Shown one piece after another: positions 1-13,227 of a DNA stretch of 64,000 nt (its first letter is position 1; the number at the start of each line of letters is the position of its first letter). A program made the translations under genes and the position numbers. The stretch is from Catajapyx aquilonaris (Eukaryota): assembly GCA_000934665.2 (NCBI GenBank), contig JYFJ02001930.1:1-64000 (forward strand), read 5' to 3'. The notes beneath the pieces were generated by a model. That model saw nothing but the letters and a program-made list of their open reading frames with translations. It was not told where the DNA came from and made no database searches.

Positions 1-173
1 GGGGGGGGGTGGTCACATTGTCTCACTGGGTTTTGTTTTTAAAAAGGGATAGAGAGAGGAGAGAGAGGAGAAGCATAAGATTGGAAAACATAAAATAAAA
101 ATAGACCAGCAAGCATCTGCTCTCACTGGCACTTGTACTTCTTCACTGGCATTAGTAGTTGCCTCGTGTCTCC

Positions 174-185
174 TTAGGAGATGAC
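174..185 (-). CDS. DEK: DEK terminal coding exon (VIS*)
   Basis: Acceptor CATTTCAG|GTC ATC TCC TAA; resembles the usual DEK C-terminus. Confidence 0.85.
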   Translation of the reverse strand, partial: VIS

Positions 186-3100
186 CTGAAATGCGAAGAA
201 GCAATTAGGGATAAGATCACAGCAGAACATTGGCATCAGTCTTGACGGCTCTCCTTCCACTCACCGACTTGACCGTTTCTTTGATAAAATCTTTCCTATC
301 ACTCAGATCGTGATCAGGAAACTCGGCATACACTTGCTTACACACAGTCTTCATCGTGATTTCCTCCAAATTTGCTCCCTTGAGTATCTTCTTGATGAAT
401 CCCCTGATGTCGGCATTCTATTTGAAACGCTGGCAGTGAGTTATCAATGGTTTTGGCTGACCCAACACTATTCAACGATTCTACTTCACATATGGGGTGG
501 GTGGGTGCAGGAGGAGATTTGACAAGACCTGCAACTGCAGTTGACCCTACGATGTGCTCACTTGCAATGCACCTGTTGCATAACTACAATTGCTACGTTT
601 CCATGTACCTTGCTTACCCCTAACTCACTCATTCTAAGTCTTCATTATGGCTTGCAGACTTCCACGGAAAGAAGCCCACTCTCAAGTCTGTACTCATTTT
701 AACTTGGGTGGATATAGGAGTAAGGAATGACTGCGTAGTGATGGAAAGTCAGCTGGATACCTGATTCTGTGTCCCTCAACTGGTTTTGGTACTCGAGTCC
801 ATCATCTTCCTCCTCCCCCCCCCCCCAGGTGCAACCCTTGTTGATTTTTTAATGGCCAGCACTTACCAATCACTGTAAGCCTCTGTACTCACGTTTTCCC
901 CCCCCAATCCTATCAACTGTAACAAATACTCTTACACACTTAGGCCGGGTTGCACATGCTCCCAGAAAATTTGTCTGGCTGAAGAAGAGCCAGGTTAGTT
1001 TGTTATTCATTATTGTCAACAATTCTGTCAACAATGAATAACAAACTAACCTGGCTCTTCTTTGGCTAGACAAATTTTTTGGGAGCAGGTGCAACCTGGC
1101 CTTAGCCAGCAAAATTGAATTCACAACCACTACCTGCATACCATACTAAATTGGCTCCACTTGTATATAAAGCATAATGAAGAATTTTACTCTACTTTTG
1201 CAATAACACATTCTGCATAATTAGACGAAGTACCGTATATAGATAATACAATCCAAATGGACATGGTGCCTTTGACCTCTTCCTCAAAGCATATATACAA
1301 CCTGGAATTAAACCCAACCAGTACTACTGGGGCAGTACTACTTGAATGCAAATCTTCCGTTATATATGACCAGGCTTTTAATTGCACTCAGGCCTATTGC
1401 GCCTTACATTTGGTTCCAGGGATATAAAATAGTCTGGTCTACTGAATAATACTGCTCACTTTACACCACTTCTTATACATCTGTCCCTTTTTCCAGTCAG
1501 TCTGTAAAAGTATGGCCAAGCTCCCCGGTGTTCCGGTAAATGCTGTTCACCTTCTATTCTGCAATATTGACCCTCAACTTACACACCAACTTGCCAGGTT
1601 TTTCCAAATCACAGTAAATTTACTTAATCTTTGATATAATATTGTAAGGTTTGTTTTGTCTGAGATCACGAGCAACTAATGATGTTTGTTTTATACCTTG
1701 ATTTCCTGACGCATTATTTCAAGCATATGTTGTTAAATGATTATGTTTACGTATTCTCCAAAAATTATGTACTGATAAATGTAGGAGATGGAATCCCATG
1801 TAAGGGCCACTGACCCACTCTAGGTTAATAAACAAACATTCTGCATAATTATAATCATCATCTGTAGGTGATCAAATATGCAAACATAGGTTAACAACAC
1901 TGCAGAATTCAAATTTGCCATCAAAAATGCAAAGTAGAGAGTATTTGAAAGAGTTAATGGGATTAGAAAATAAAGGCATGTCATATTAGGGGGGTTCAGT
2001 TGGACAAAAGGGATGGAATGGCAAGTGCAGGTCAGGTAAGGAAAACTTGTTCCAGGAATCATTCTCGTTGATTATTAAGAACTAACTCCAGGAGTTACGA
2101 TGTGGGAGTTATTCAGGTCCATGGAAATGTAGTAATAGCAAAAGTTGGCTCCACCAAGATCAAGCACATTAAAAATCTCACATGGGGTGGTCCGTGCCAA
2201 AAGCAGAAGCATACATGGGTGGCTACATTAATTTATAGCTGTACCATCTGGGGTAATATGACTCATTCAATATTTTGTCTAATTTTTAGTTGTGCCTCAG
2301 CTTCTTGATTCGCACCAATTTTTGAATTTCAAATTGTTAAAAATTTACAACACTACGATTTGGAATAAAATTCTACCATCACCACATTATTCATGGTGTG
2401 TAAAGCATGATATCAGTGTGATACCACAGGTAGAGAACACCATTCTGAGTCAAGGAGTTCAAGAAGGTATTTTCTTGTGAATAATATGGTTGAGGTGCTC
2501 CAGTCCTGCCGATTTTGGGCCAAGAAGTTCTACATTGAATTTGGCAAGCAGTGATTTGTTCAAATGCAAGGCCTGCAAAGACTGAGACATGGCTCACTGG
2601 TCCAGGTGATTACAAATCCATATGCCCTACTCATATGAATAATACATATGAGAGAGCTCGGTGCTCCTCATTACTGCAAATTAAAAGACTACACGTGTGA
2701 TATATAACAGTGATTTGAAGCATGTCCATTTCAATTACCAATCACTTCATAATGACACGATGAGGACACATTCCAAGTTGCAGCATTGATCATCCTCATC
2801 CCTGTCTTTTATTTTGTACTAAACGAGTAACACTGAACAATTCGGGTCTATATCATTAACAGAGACAAAGTATTCTGATATGTAATCATGTCAAACTGAT
2901 CATCAGATTTGGACAAATCTCTGCTCATCAAAATTATTATTTAGAAGTTTTTGCCCAAAATGTCAAATGATATAGTGCAACAGCCTGTAATTTGTAGCCT
3001 ACATTTAAAAAATGCCCCAGGACTTTTTGATTCAGGATGGTGTGCTCTAATTGTGGCATCTCCAGGGTCAATCCATATAAAGTGCTACAGTGGTGGAAAT

Positions 3101-4689
3101 TAATGGAGAAGCTTGCTTCATGTAAAGGAAAAGATCCACCAGGAAGCGATACTTGTGCTTCTCTATTAATTTCCACCACTGTACAACCTGGTTGCTGGAC
3201 CCCTGCTATCACCCTAACATGTTGGTACAGTAGAACCCCGATTATCCGACAGTCCCATTCTGGCAATAAATGTTTTCGCATGAAATACTTTGATGTTCTA
3301 TGCATTTGCTTGTTTTGCCTTAGTTAAATTGTAAATACAGTATAGAGTAGAGTGTGAGTAAAAGAAAAATATTTCACTGTTTCTTAGAAAACCATAACAG
3401 TGAACGTTATTTCAGGTTGTTACCGTATGTTTTTGTTGTTGTTTGATTACTCCTAGGATTATCCGACCTTTTCAGTTATCTGCCGATGCCCTAGTCCCAT
3501 GGGAGATGGATAATTGGGGTTCTACCAGCTCCCTGTCACTTCCCCAGGCTATTTGTATGGATACAGTCGTGTAATTTCTGTGTTACTAGCGTTCGCTATC
3601 CGCCATCTTTTTCAAGGTGCATTGCGGAAGGAAAGAAAGATCGAGCCAATCACGGCAGACTACTCGCTACCTACCCCCGTAATTGCACGTTGAAAAAGAT
3701 GGCAGATAGCGAACGCTGGTAACACAGAAATTGCATACCGTATTCGAGGAGTGTCAGAGAGCTGGGTTCCACTGTAGTTCAAAACAAACTTTATTTTAAT
3801 TTTGGTCTTGGTTTTCCCTTGGCAGCCACATTTGTTTTACAGGGCAGAGCATTTTTTGCCATTTCTAGGGTTTGCAGAAACTGACATATCTCAGGCCCTA
3901 TCTATCTTATCATGGGATGAAAATTACAGTCTAAATTCTTGGCTCATTTTGATGTCACAATTCCATGTGGAAATTTTTGCACAAAGGAAAAGGGTCTCTG
4001 TGTTACAAATAGCTAGGAACAAGCTAGGCGTAGTTGTATTCTCATGGCAAATTTACGTTGTGAAATTCCCCCCCCCCCCCCCCCNCCCCCCTGCCCCCTG
4101 AAAATGGCAATTTTAATGCCAAATCTCTCTGGTCTCTGGACCAAAATCCATAAAATTAAAAGAATGGTCAGGTTGGAACTACCAACTTGTTTGGGTGATT
4201 GCAAATTTTTTTTAAATAAAGTCAAGCAACCAAGTTGCACTATGGCGGCCAAATGTATTGTCCGAAGTTGATGGGTATATAGTGCCGTTCATCGGCAGCC
4301 AGGAGATACTGACATGCTGGTGACGATCACTGCCGCTAATAGAGGTGCGTCAGGAGCCGAGACTGGGAGGGTGGGAGTGGGAGGGATGGGGAGAGCATGC
4401 GAAGGAGGGAGACCAGATCAGGCTGGGGGAGTCGTATGTGTCTGGATGGTTAAATGGGAAAGAGAGACAGATTATTTGGGCTTCGTAGGCTAATAAGTGC
4501 AAGGTCACAGGCATTTTTCGGACTCTAAATTTGTGTATCATCACGATTTCGCACAATTACTCGTATTATCTGTGATGCGCGCTGGCCGCGATGTAAATGT
4601 GTCAGTTGTCAGGTCATTATTTTATCATGCAGTATTCCATGCAACGACGATGCATGAATAATGATAACAACAACATCAATATCAATATC

Positions 4690-4729
<40 letters not shown>

Positions 4730-7700
4730 GTAATAATAATAATAATTCACATTGCAAAACAATCCGATTGGATGTAGGTGTTCATTTTTGACTCGAAAAT
4801 ATTAACAACAATGAAAACCATGATCCGACTGTGGTCCGATCGAGATGTTCAAGTCCTGCGTGAATGACGTCATTGAGGTGGGCCGTATCTAGGACATCAT
4901 TGTTGAAAGAAACAATTGTCTTCGCCGCTCGCTAGTTTTTCACTTCCAGCAATGACTTCCCAACAACTCCAAATGTTGTTGGGAAGTCATTGCTGGAAGT
5001 GAAAAACTAGCGACCGGCGAAGACAATTCTTTCGACAGTGATGTCCGAGATACGGCCCACCTCAATGACGTCATTCACGCAGGACTTGAACATCTCGATC
5101 GGACCACAGTCGGATCATGGTTTTCATTGTTGTTAATATTTTCGAGTCAAAAATGAACACCTACATCCAATCGGAGGAAGGCCTTGCTCTTACCGGCGTG
5201 CGGGAAGCTGAGGGGGAGTGGTGGCTGGGGGCAGCTTGGCTATGTCGTAAAGGCAGATTGATTTTTTGGATTTTGGAAGGGGGTATACTGTACCAACCCA
5301 ACCTAACAATACCTAACCTTCCTTCTTTGCGGATACAGACCTATATTAGCGACACAGTCCGCTGCCCCCACCGACTACTACCCTCCCACCTCCCGCACGC
5401 CAGTAAGAGCAAGTACAGCCCAATCGGATTGTTTTGCAGTGTGAATTATTATTATCATCATCATCATCTTTATTATCTTTATTATCATCATCATCATTAT
5501 TGTTCTTGTTATTATGCATCGTCGTCGCATGGAATACTGCATCGATAAAAGAATGACCTGACAACTGACACATTTACAGCGCGGCCAATGCGCATCACAG
5601 ATAACTGTGCGAAATTGTAATGATACACAAATTTCGAGTCTGACAATTGCCCTTGACCTTGCGCTTATTAGCCGACGAAGCCCAAATAATCAGCCTCTCT
5701 TTCCCATTTAACCATCCGGACACATACGACTACCCCAGCTCTGATCTGGTCTCCCTCCTTCGCATGCTCTCCCCATCCCCCCCACCCCCCACGTCTTGGC
5801 TCCCGATGCGCCTCTATTAGCGGCAGGGATCATCACCAGAACGTCAGTTTCTCCCAGCTGCCGATGGACGGCGCTATATACCCATCACCTCCGGACAATA
5901 CATTTGGCTGCCATAGTACCACTTCACTACTATGGATACCATGAGTTACAAGATTGGTAAACAAGAAATGAGAGGAACTAAGGCCCATTCCCATCAACAC
6001 AGCTCAAATAGTGGCTCATGTTGTATGTCGTCATAGTGATGTCGTCAATAAACACTTATTGTCTGACTTGTTAACTGAGTGGATGTTCTATTCCTCCTGG
6101 CCCTCAGAGGCCAAACCGGCACGAGCCTTAAAAGAACTCTTGGCTAACGTGACAGCTCACCACAGCCTAGAATTCAGTCGAGTCAATGTTCAGTACAATT
6201 GAATGGCCCAATGGAACAAAAGCACAAGTCCAGTCACAGAAATGGGTGGGCATGAAGGGAATATTTATTTTCTGAGCATGGGAATGAACCGTAGGCATTT
6301 GACTTCATGAAACAGGTCCGTAAAGGCCACCCTAATATATGGTGAGATTGCTGCATCAACACAATAGTCACGGGAAGACCGAAGCAGGTTGGCATAGTGG
6401 ATAAGGCGTCCCACTGCTAATTGGGAGGTCCTGGGTTCGAATCCCAGGGCCGGCAACTCTGACCGTGGTTTTCTGTGGTTTCCCACGGTCCTTCCAGGAA
6501 AATTCTGGAGTTAATTCCGGAGCCGCTTCCTTCCGTCCCTATCCTATCCCAAAAAAAGCGCAGTAAAATGAAAGCAAAGAGTTCCAGGCAAAAAAAAAAA
6601 AAACTTACCCCCTAAAGAGCCGATAGGCTGATAACGGGGTATGAATTATTATTATTATAATAGTCAGGGGAACCATATGATGCAATTTACTGATTTGGAC
6701 TTGGGCTTTGGTTCCGTTGGGAATGACGGACTTAGGCTGTTGTTCCATAGGAACGTGGATTACTGAAAACGAATTCTGTTCAGTGAGTGATTATTCAACA
6801 CGGATTAATTTTACTTTATTCGCAAATGTCACTGGAATCAGTTTCAGCTGCATCAGATACAATTGCTCTCAGATACCCTTGAGCCTCTGCTGTCAAAAAA
6901 CCGCGCAGCTGCAGCACATTTTCAAGTTTCATCGCCTTCACAGGGAGGGGTCTGTGGTATGTACAATTTCGGGACATGGAGATTTGGTGTCTGATTGACC
7001 ACATTCCCACCAGTGCAACACAAGTATGCAGCAAGAAAGAATATCAACTGTTGTGGAATGGTCCTTTGGGAGTATCAGTGGCATGCATTTGACCCGGTGA
7101 AAGCAATGGTCCGGCATAATGTTGCTTCATCGGGCAAACTGTGTTTAATATTAGCACCCACTGAACATAATTTATTTTCAGCCCAAGTCCAAATCAGTAA
7201 ATTGCACCCCAGTGGGTCAGGTTGCAAGACAACCCACTAGGTGCGGGTCAGAAACCCCCATCGACACCGCACTTCCCCAGGGATGGGTCAAGGATAGGAA
7301 AGGAAGGGGGCGGCTGTGGCCTATTAATTACGGAAGCGACCCTGGAATTTTCCTGGGCGGACCATGGAAAACTACAGAAAACCTGTCAGGATCGCCGGCC
7401 CCATGACTCGAACCCAGGACCTCCCGATTAGCATGCCCGAATTGGACGGAGGAATTTCTTGCGCAGAAAGTGTTTAAATGCATAATCTGTGCTCACATGG
7501 GTTTTATCTACGTTATCCTGTTTCCTCCCACTATCAAAATCCAACTGTAGCACAGAAATTAAATGACATCAGGTACCGTATTTAAAAGAGGTTCCCGTAA
7601 GAGGCCACAGACCTCTTATGTGGTAACTCATTATAATTGCATTCCTTATGACAGCCAAAGATCAAATTCATAGGGCAAGTAATATGAGTCATTTGAGAAT

Positions 7701-10700
7701 GTGACAAAAGCAGAATTTAAAACACCCATTAATTACTGCACCTGGTAACTACTTAGGCAGATGTTTCCCCTGGGCACACACCTTCAGCCATTGCAACACA
7801 GACATGTTCCTGCACAACTGCACACATATAGCTCAATAAACATCACTAGGTGCAAGGCAGTGAGCAACACTTACTTCAAAAAGTGAACATTTTCCCAAAA
7901 GTAAAAATGGAGTGGTGGAACAAAATCCACCGGCACCATGTCACCCACATATGAGAGTTACGTTCTAGGTCATAACAAGAACGCACTGACTACAAAATGC
8001 ACACATGCACACAAAATCCTATACACCCCTCTAACAGGTGCAAGAGAAATTAAAACCAAGCACCAGCAAAATAGTTATGCTCAAGGCCTACCCCCAGAAA
8101 CAGGCCAAGATATTGCATGCTGTTTCTGTTCTCATCCCTGATTATTTTTCTATGATGATGAGAAGGCCTCATCACAACCCTGATGGCATTATCCACACCC
8201 CCACATGTGAAGTTTTTGTTAAAATGACACAAAAGTAGCCTCTAACCAATGCAATTTTGATCACAGGACGAAACATGTAAACATGTGAAAGCACCGTCAC
8301 CGATGAGGGCTTTTGCAAAACTGAGACAAAACAAATGTTGGAGAAAATCACCAATACCATGTTTTCACTCACCTATCTTAAAGCAAATTAAGAAAGAGCC
8401 TTCTAAAAGGCAGCTCATGTAACAAAAGCAATCCTTTACTTGGACAGGTTTTTAAAAATCAGTTGCCAATCTGTGCAATCAACAAAGTTTTAGAATCATA
8501 TAAAAACCGCACTGTTGCTCTTAAAACCAACTCTGAATTATTTGCACATAACAGGATTCTTCACTTGGATTTCCCTCAACTTCTGTAATTGTTAGTGTGC
8601 ACACATGCACTCTTTCAAGCTGAGTTGCATGATCTCTAGGAAATCCAGAGCAAGGAATTAATCCATATGAATGACATGAATCAGCCACTTGTTCTGGATT
8701 TACCATGGATCATGCAACCAGTCCTTATGTCACTCACTGGAGATGAAAAAGAAGGGAAATCAGCTGACCAAGTAGTAAAGCACTAAAATCTCAACCAAAG
8801 CATCCCAGACACTATGAATTAACATGTCTCATACAATGGAGAAGAAGCAAGAATTCCCAGAAACAAGTCGTATGTTGCACCTTGGGAAAAAAGTGAGGAG
8901 CAACTCTTCATCATCCATCAATACTGTGCTCACTTCCACTGAACAAGTGCTCCAGACAACAGAGGCTACTGTTCATCAAAAACGTCAACACTGATACGGT
9001 ATCTATAAAATTTACAAGTATCATTGTGCTGAAAGCATTCAAGGCAAACAATTTGTCACTGTCTAAGAAACCCTCTGTGAATGGCAGTGTCATGTGGTTC
9101 CAATCTTGCTTCCACAAAACCTTTAGCATGGGCAAGTAAAATACCAAGCTCTCCATCAATTCATTCCAAAACACGACGTCAGTGACCAAAAGTAACTTCA
9201 ATGAACATGTGGCACAATAAATATTACTGTCCCTTAATTTCTGTTAACAAGTTTAAGCAGTGAGTTGTAGTGCCACAACAGCTGAGTTACTTATACTTCC
9301 CACACAAAATAGGCCTGCTTATGATTTTAAAGTGACACACGAAAGGCATTGTGAGGGATCCAGCTGAAAAATGGCGAACAAGATTAAAGTAAATGAGGGA
9401 CAATACACAGGGCAGCAATACAGTAGTGAACTGTTTCCATCATTGTGAACCACACTAACCAACATGCTTCTTGTATGTATGTGCATTTAAGTGACATTTC
9501 ATACACCAAAAAGCAACTAAACAATCAATAACGCATGTTGCAACTAGCCCAAGTCATATGAACCAGTATTGATCGAGTGATTTTAGAAGCCACATTGCCG
9601 GAGGATAAAGCTCTAGAAGATGACATGCATCAAACTAGACAATGCTGCTATGTACTCACACTAGGTGAATCTCGCTTAGGAGCATCGCCCTTGGGAGCAC
9701 TCTCCTTCCCACTACTGTCCTGCTGGCTCCTCTTTGACCTTTTTGGAGGTGGTTCTTCCACCTGCTCTTCCTCAGTCACGTCCTCCTCATCCTCCTCCTC
9801 CTCCTCTTCCTCCTCCTCAGCTTTCTTTGCTGGGAGCGATTTCTTCCCCCTCCCTTTGCCTTTACGAGCGGTAGACAAGCGGGCTGACTTTCTTGTTGAT
9901 CTCGGGGTTGGCTTTTTCTTAGTGCGCGACTTGCGCCAATCGTCACCAGAGCTGTCGTCTGACTGGCTCCACTCTGAGTCGTCATCATCTTCACCACTCT
10001 GACTATATTCATCAGATGAATTTCCAGATTCAACAATAGGCTCAACCTTTGCAGAACGTGAACGCCCTCTCTTGGGCCCACTTGAGCTGGAGCCTGAACC
10101 AGATGCTGATTCTACGGCTACATCACCACCTGAAAGGAAGTGCAATTGGTAAACCTAAATCCTACTTTAGCTTAGGTTTCTGCATCAGTTCATGTATCTT
10201 CCCTTCCATTATTACAGATTGCCACAATTAGAGGGCACTCACCTTGCTTGTTTCCACGCTTGGGAACAAATGCAGACTTTACTGTCTCACAAGGCTTTAT
10301 GAGAAAATCCAGGACACGGTGAACAACTTTCTCTTTTGCTCCACTCTTTTCTAGACCTAGTAGGTCACACACTGTGCGCAACTCACTGACTTGGTACCTG
10401 AATCAGGAACATTTCATATTATTACTTTAAATCTGTCACAACAAATATAGTACTGTGCTGGAAAAAACTGCCTTGCACCCTCGCAGGCAGTGCAAATGTG
10501 GGTGCAGGTGGAAGCATTGTGAGTACTCGTTATTTGTGCATGATTCTAGCCACGCCTACTTTCCTGGCTGCTTGGCACTGCTTGGGAGGGTTCAAGGCAG
10601 ATTTTTCCAGCACTGTAGTAACAATGAAACTGAAATTCACCCCTTGAGTGAAGCCAACTTCTTCTCATACTCAGGGGATCCTCTTGAAAAGGAAAATCCG

Positions 10701-13191
10701 TGGAAAAGTCTGAGGTTCTTCTTGACTTCAGTGCGTTTTCCAATCCGACCAAAAATAAGTTTGTAGATGTTGCCCAGTTCTTCGATACGGGTCCGCTGTG
10801 AGTGTAACAAAAGGAACTTTAGCACTTTGTTTATGTAAGCCCAGCACAATTTCAAGTACCTGTAACTGGGTATCAATGTAGGCCAAATCACCCAGGTTCA
10901 CACCCCGTCCACTTGGAATCTCTACCGGCATTCTCTCCCCAAATGTGGTAGGATATTCATCCCCATAGCGCTGTGTTTGCTTACGAGGGCGTCGTCCCGA
11001 AACAGTCAGCGGGAGATCTAGCATTGGGACTGGACAGGTTTTTATACGAAAACTTGTAGCAAGCAAAACTCTGATGTCATGAATGTGATACATAATTAAA
11101 ACAATGGTGTCTACAGTAGCTAGTATTTGTCAGCAATTGTACTCTAAAATTACAGAAAAATTCAGATCTAAGACTAGCCAATAACTAGGGCTCTGAGATT
11201 AACATATTTTGCTCCTGCATGCAAGTAAATGTGAATTAAACAGAAATCATCATGATGGCATACCAATCCTACGATGCAAGTTATAATTTTGTTCATATAA
11301 ATACACAAGATGGTGCACTGTCAAGTGCCCAGTGCAAGAGACCCAGCCACCAGTTTAAAGAGAAGCAACCAGTGAATGTGGCCCTGGTACTGCATTCATC
11401 TACCTATGAGTTAGAGATGCTATGGAAATATGTGCAGTGCTGGATATTAATTCCATCGTACTGCTAGCAACATTTTCCGATGCGGTAGAAGTGCAAATCT
11501 AAGTGATAGCGTGTGAGCCATGCGAGTTAGAAATCGTAGGCCAAAGCTGACGTCACCGGCTGGGGACAAGCCTTTTTCTCCACTGCCCCCAGCCGTTGAC
11601 GTCACCCAAGGCCTACCATTTCTCACTTGCATGGCTGCCGTTCTATCACTTCGATTTACACTTCTGCCGCATCAAAAAATGTCGCTAGCAGTACGACGGA
11701 ATTAATGTCCAGCACTGTACAACACGCACACAAAAACAGTTCATCATAGCCTTAATACCTTGTAACTTTAGTGAGGCTTATTATCACAATTTTAAGTGAT
11801 AATTAATTTGCTTGTGCACCATCAGATTCAGAATTTTGGAATCAGCCATTTTTGTTCTTCTGATACTTGGAGAGTACCATACCAGCAGGGCAAAACCTTT
11901 TCTTTCAGCGACTAGAACTTGTGAAACGTAAGTGCAGGTTCTGGCACCGCCTTGATTGTAGTGACAAAACTGGCCATGAATGGTCACAAGTCACACTTAC
12001 CCTTAGCGTCAGGTTCATTACTCTCCTCGTCAGACTTCTTGGCTCCTTCCTCCTTGCCATCACCTATGCCCCTCTTACGGCGGGTTCGTGAGGTCATCAC
12101 TTCAGACGTGGCCAGGGCTCTTTCAGCTGTTTTAGTACGAGCTCCACGCCCTCTGACTGGTCGTCCACCACCTGAAATACACAATCATTAGGTGTTAGAA
12201 ATTGACTCTCTCTTTTGAAATACATTAAATTATTTATTGATTGATTTATTATTATCATTATGATCATCATCATTAGATCCACCAACTCAAGTTGCCTACA
12301 TTTGGTCACATTCGAAATTAGAAACCTCAAAAACATACTAAATGTATACGTTCAGCAGTTTAGGCTTGAGTATAGATTATTCATAGACTGTTTCATAAGG
12401 TGTTTCCCATCACCGATAAGTCACATTGTATACAGGGCTCAGAAATTTAACCTACCGTCGCTTTGGGAAATGATTGATTGGTTCTAGGTGATCACTTTGA
12501 GTATATGCAACATGCGTCTCCAACACATAGTTACTGAGATAATGTGCTTAAAACACCAGGTATAAAAGATCCTGGCATGTATGCGTCCCTCCACGCAAAC
12601 TTACCTTTTTCATTTAAATTTAACCCTAATAAGACGGGCATATCATATGCTGATACGGTGGCTTTAAAAAGTTCTGCTGGCAAACTATCGTGTTTTTCCA
12701 CGATGTAACGTGGTTTCTGTGTGGGGCTTTTTAAATTTTCTCTCGCGTAAAAAAATCGCGAGTTTTGGACTACAAAATCTTGCATAAATAAACCGGATTA
12801 ACCAGATTAACTTGAATGAAATCATCATTTTGCGGCTGCTGGAAAAAAAAACTTCGAAAAAGAAAAAATTCCGACCTTGGCCGGCAAATTTTTGGCATGC
12901 AGAGTTGCCCCCAAACCGAGGGCGACACGGTGGCCGAGTGGTTAGCGCCGCAGCCTTCCACCTCTAAGGCCCCGAGTTCGATCCCCGGGTCGGACGGAGG
13001 ATACTTATGTGGATAGAGTTTCGATAGGGTCTCTCCGTGTTCGCGTGGGTTTTCTCGGGGTTCTCCGGTTTTCTCGGGGTTCTCCCGTTTCCTCCCACTA
13101 TCAAAATCCATCACATTACAGGCAAATGATTAAAGTCGGTTATTCAAAAGATGATCCCCTAAAAGGCCCAAGGGGCCTATCACGGGGTATC

Positions 13192-13227
<36 letters not shown>

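Noticed and set aside
760..830. Possible extra acidic DEK exon (EEEDDGLEYQNQLRDTES)
   Set aside because: No convincing acceptor, and exons 7 and 8 already join in phase
4085..4085. Single N in a poly-C run (also 32826)
   Set aside because: Assembly ambiguity or join, not biology; continuity across these points is unverified
4597..5573. Mirrored poly-N/poly-D ORFs (MCQLSGH...)
   Set aside because: Produced by microsatellites in the two arms of the foldback element
6385..6460. tRNA gene (A/B boxes, GCT anticodon-like loop); similar at 12922, 17946 and 43830
   Set aside because: No proper acceptor stem; each continues into a repeated body with tail and TSDs, so these are SINE heads
9577..10002. 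Plus-strand 141-aa ORF (also 40806..41150, 34721..34960, 31301..31558, 16363..16671)
   Set aside because: Antisense shadows of real DEK or RNF144-like exons
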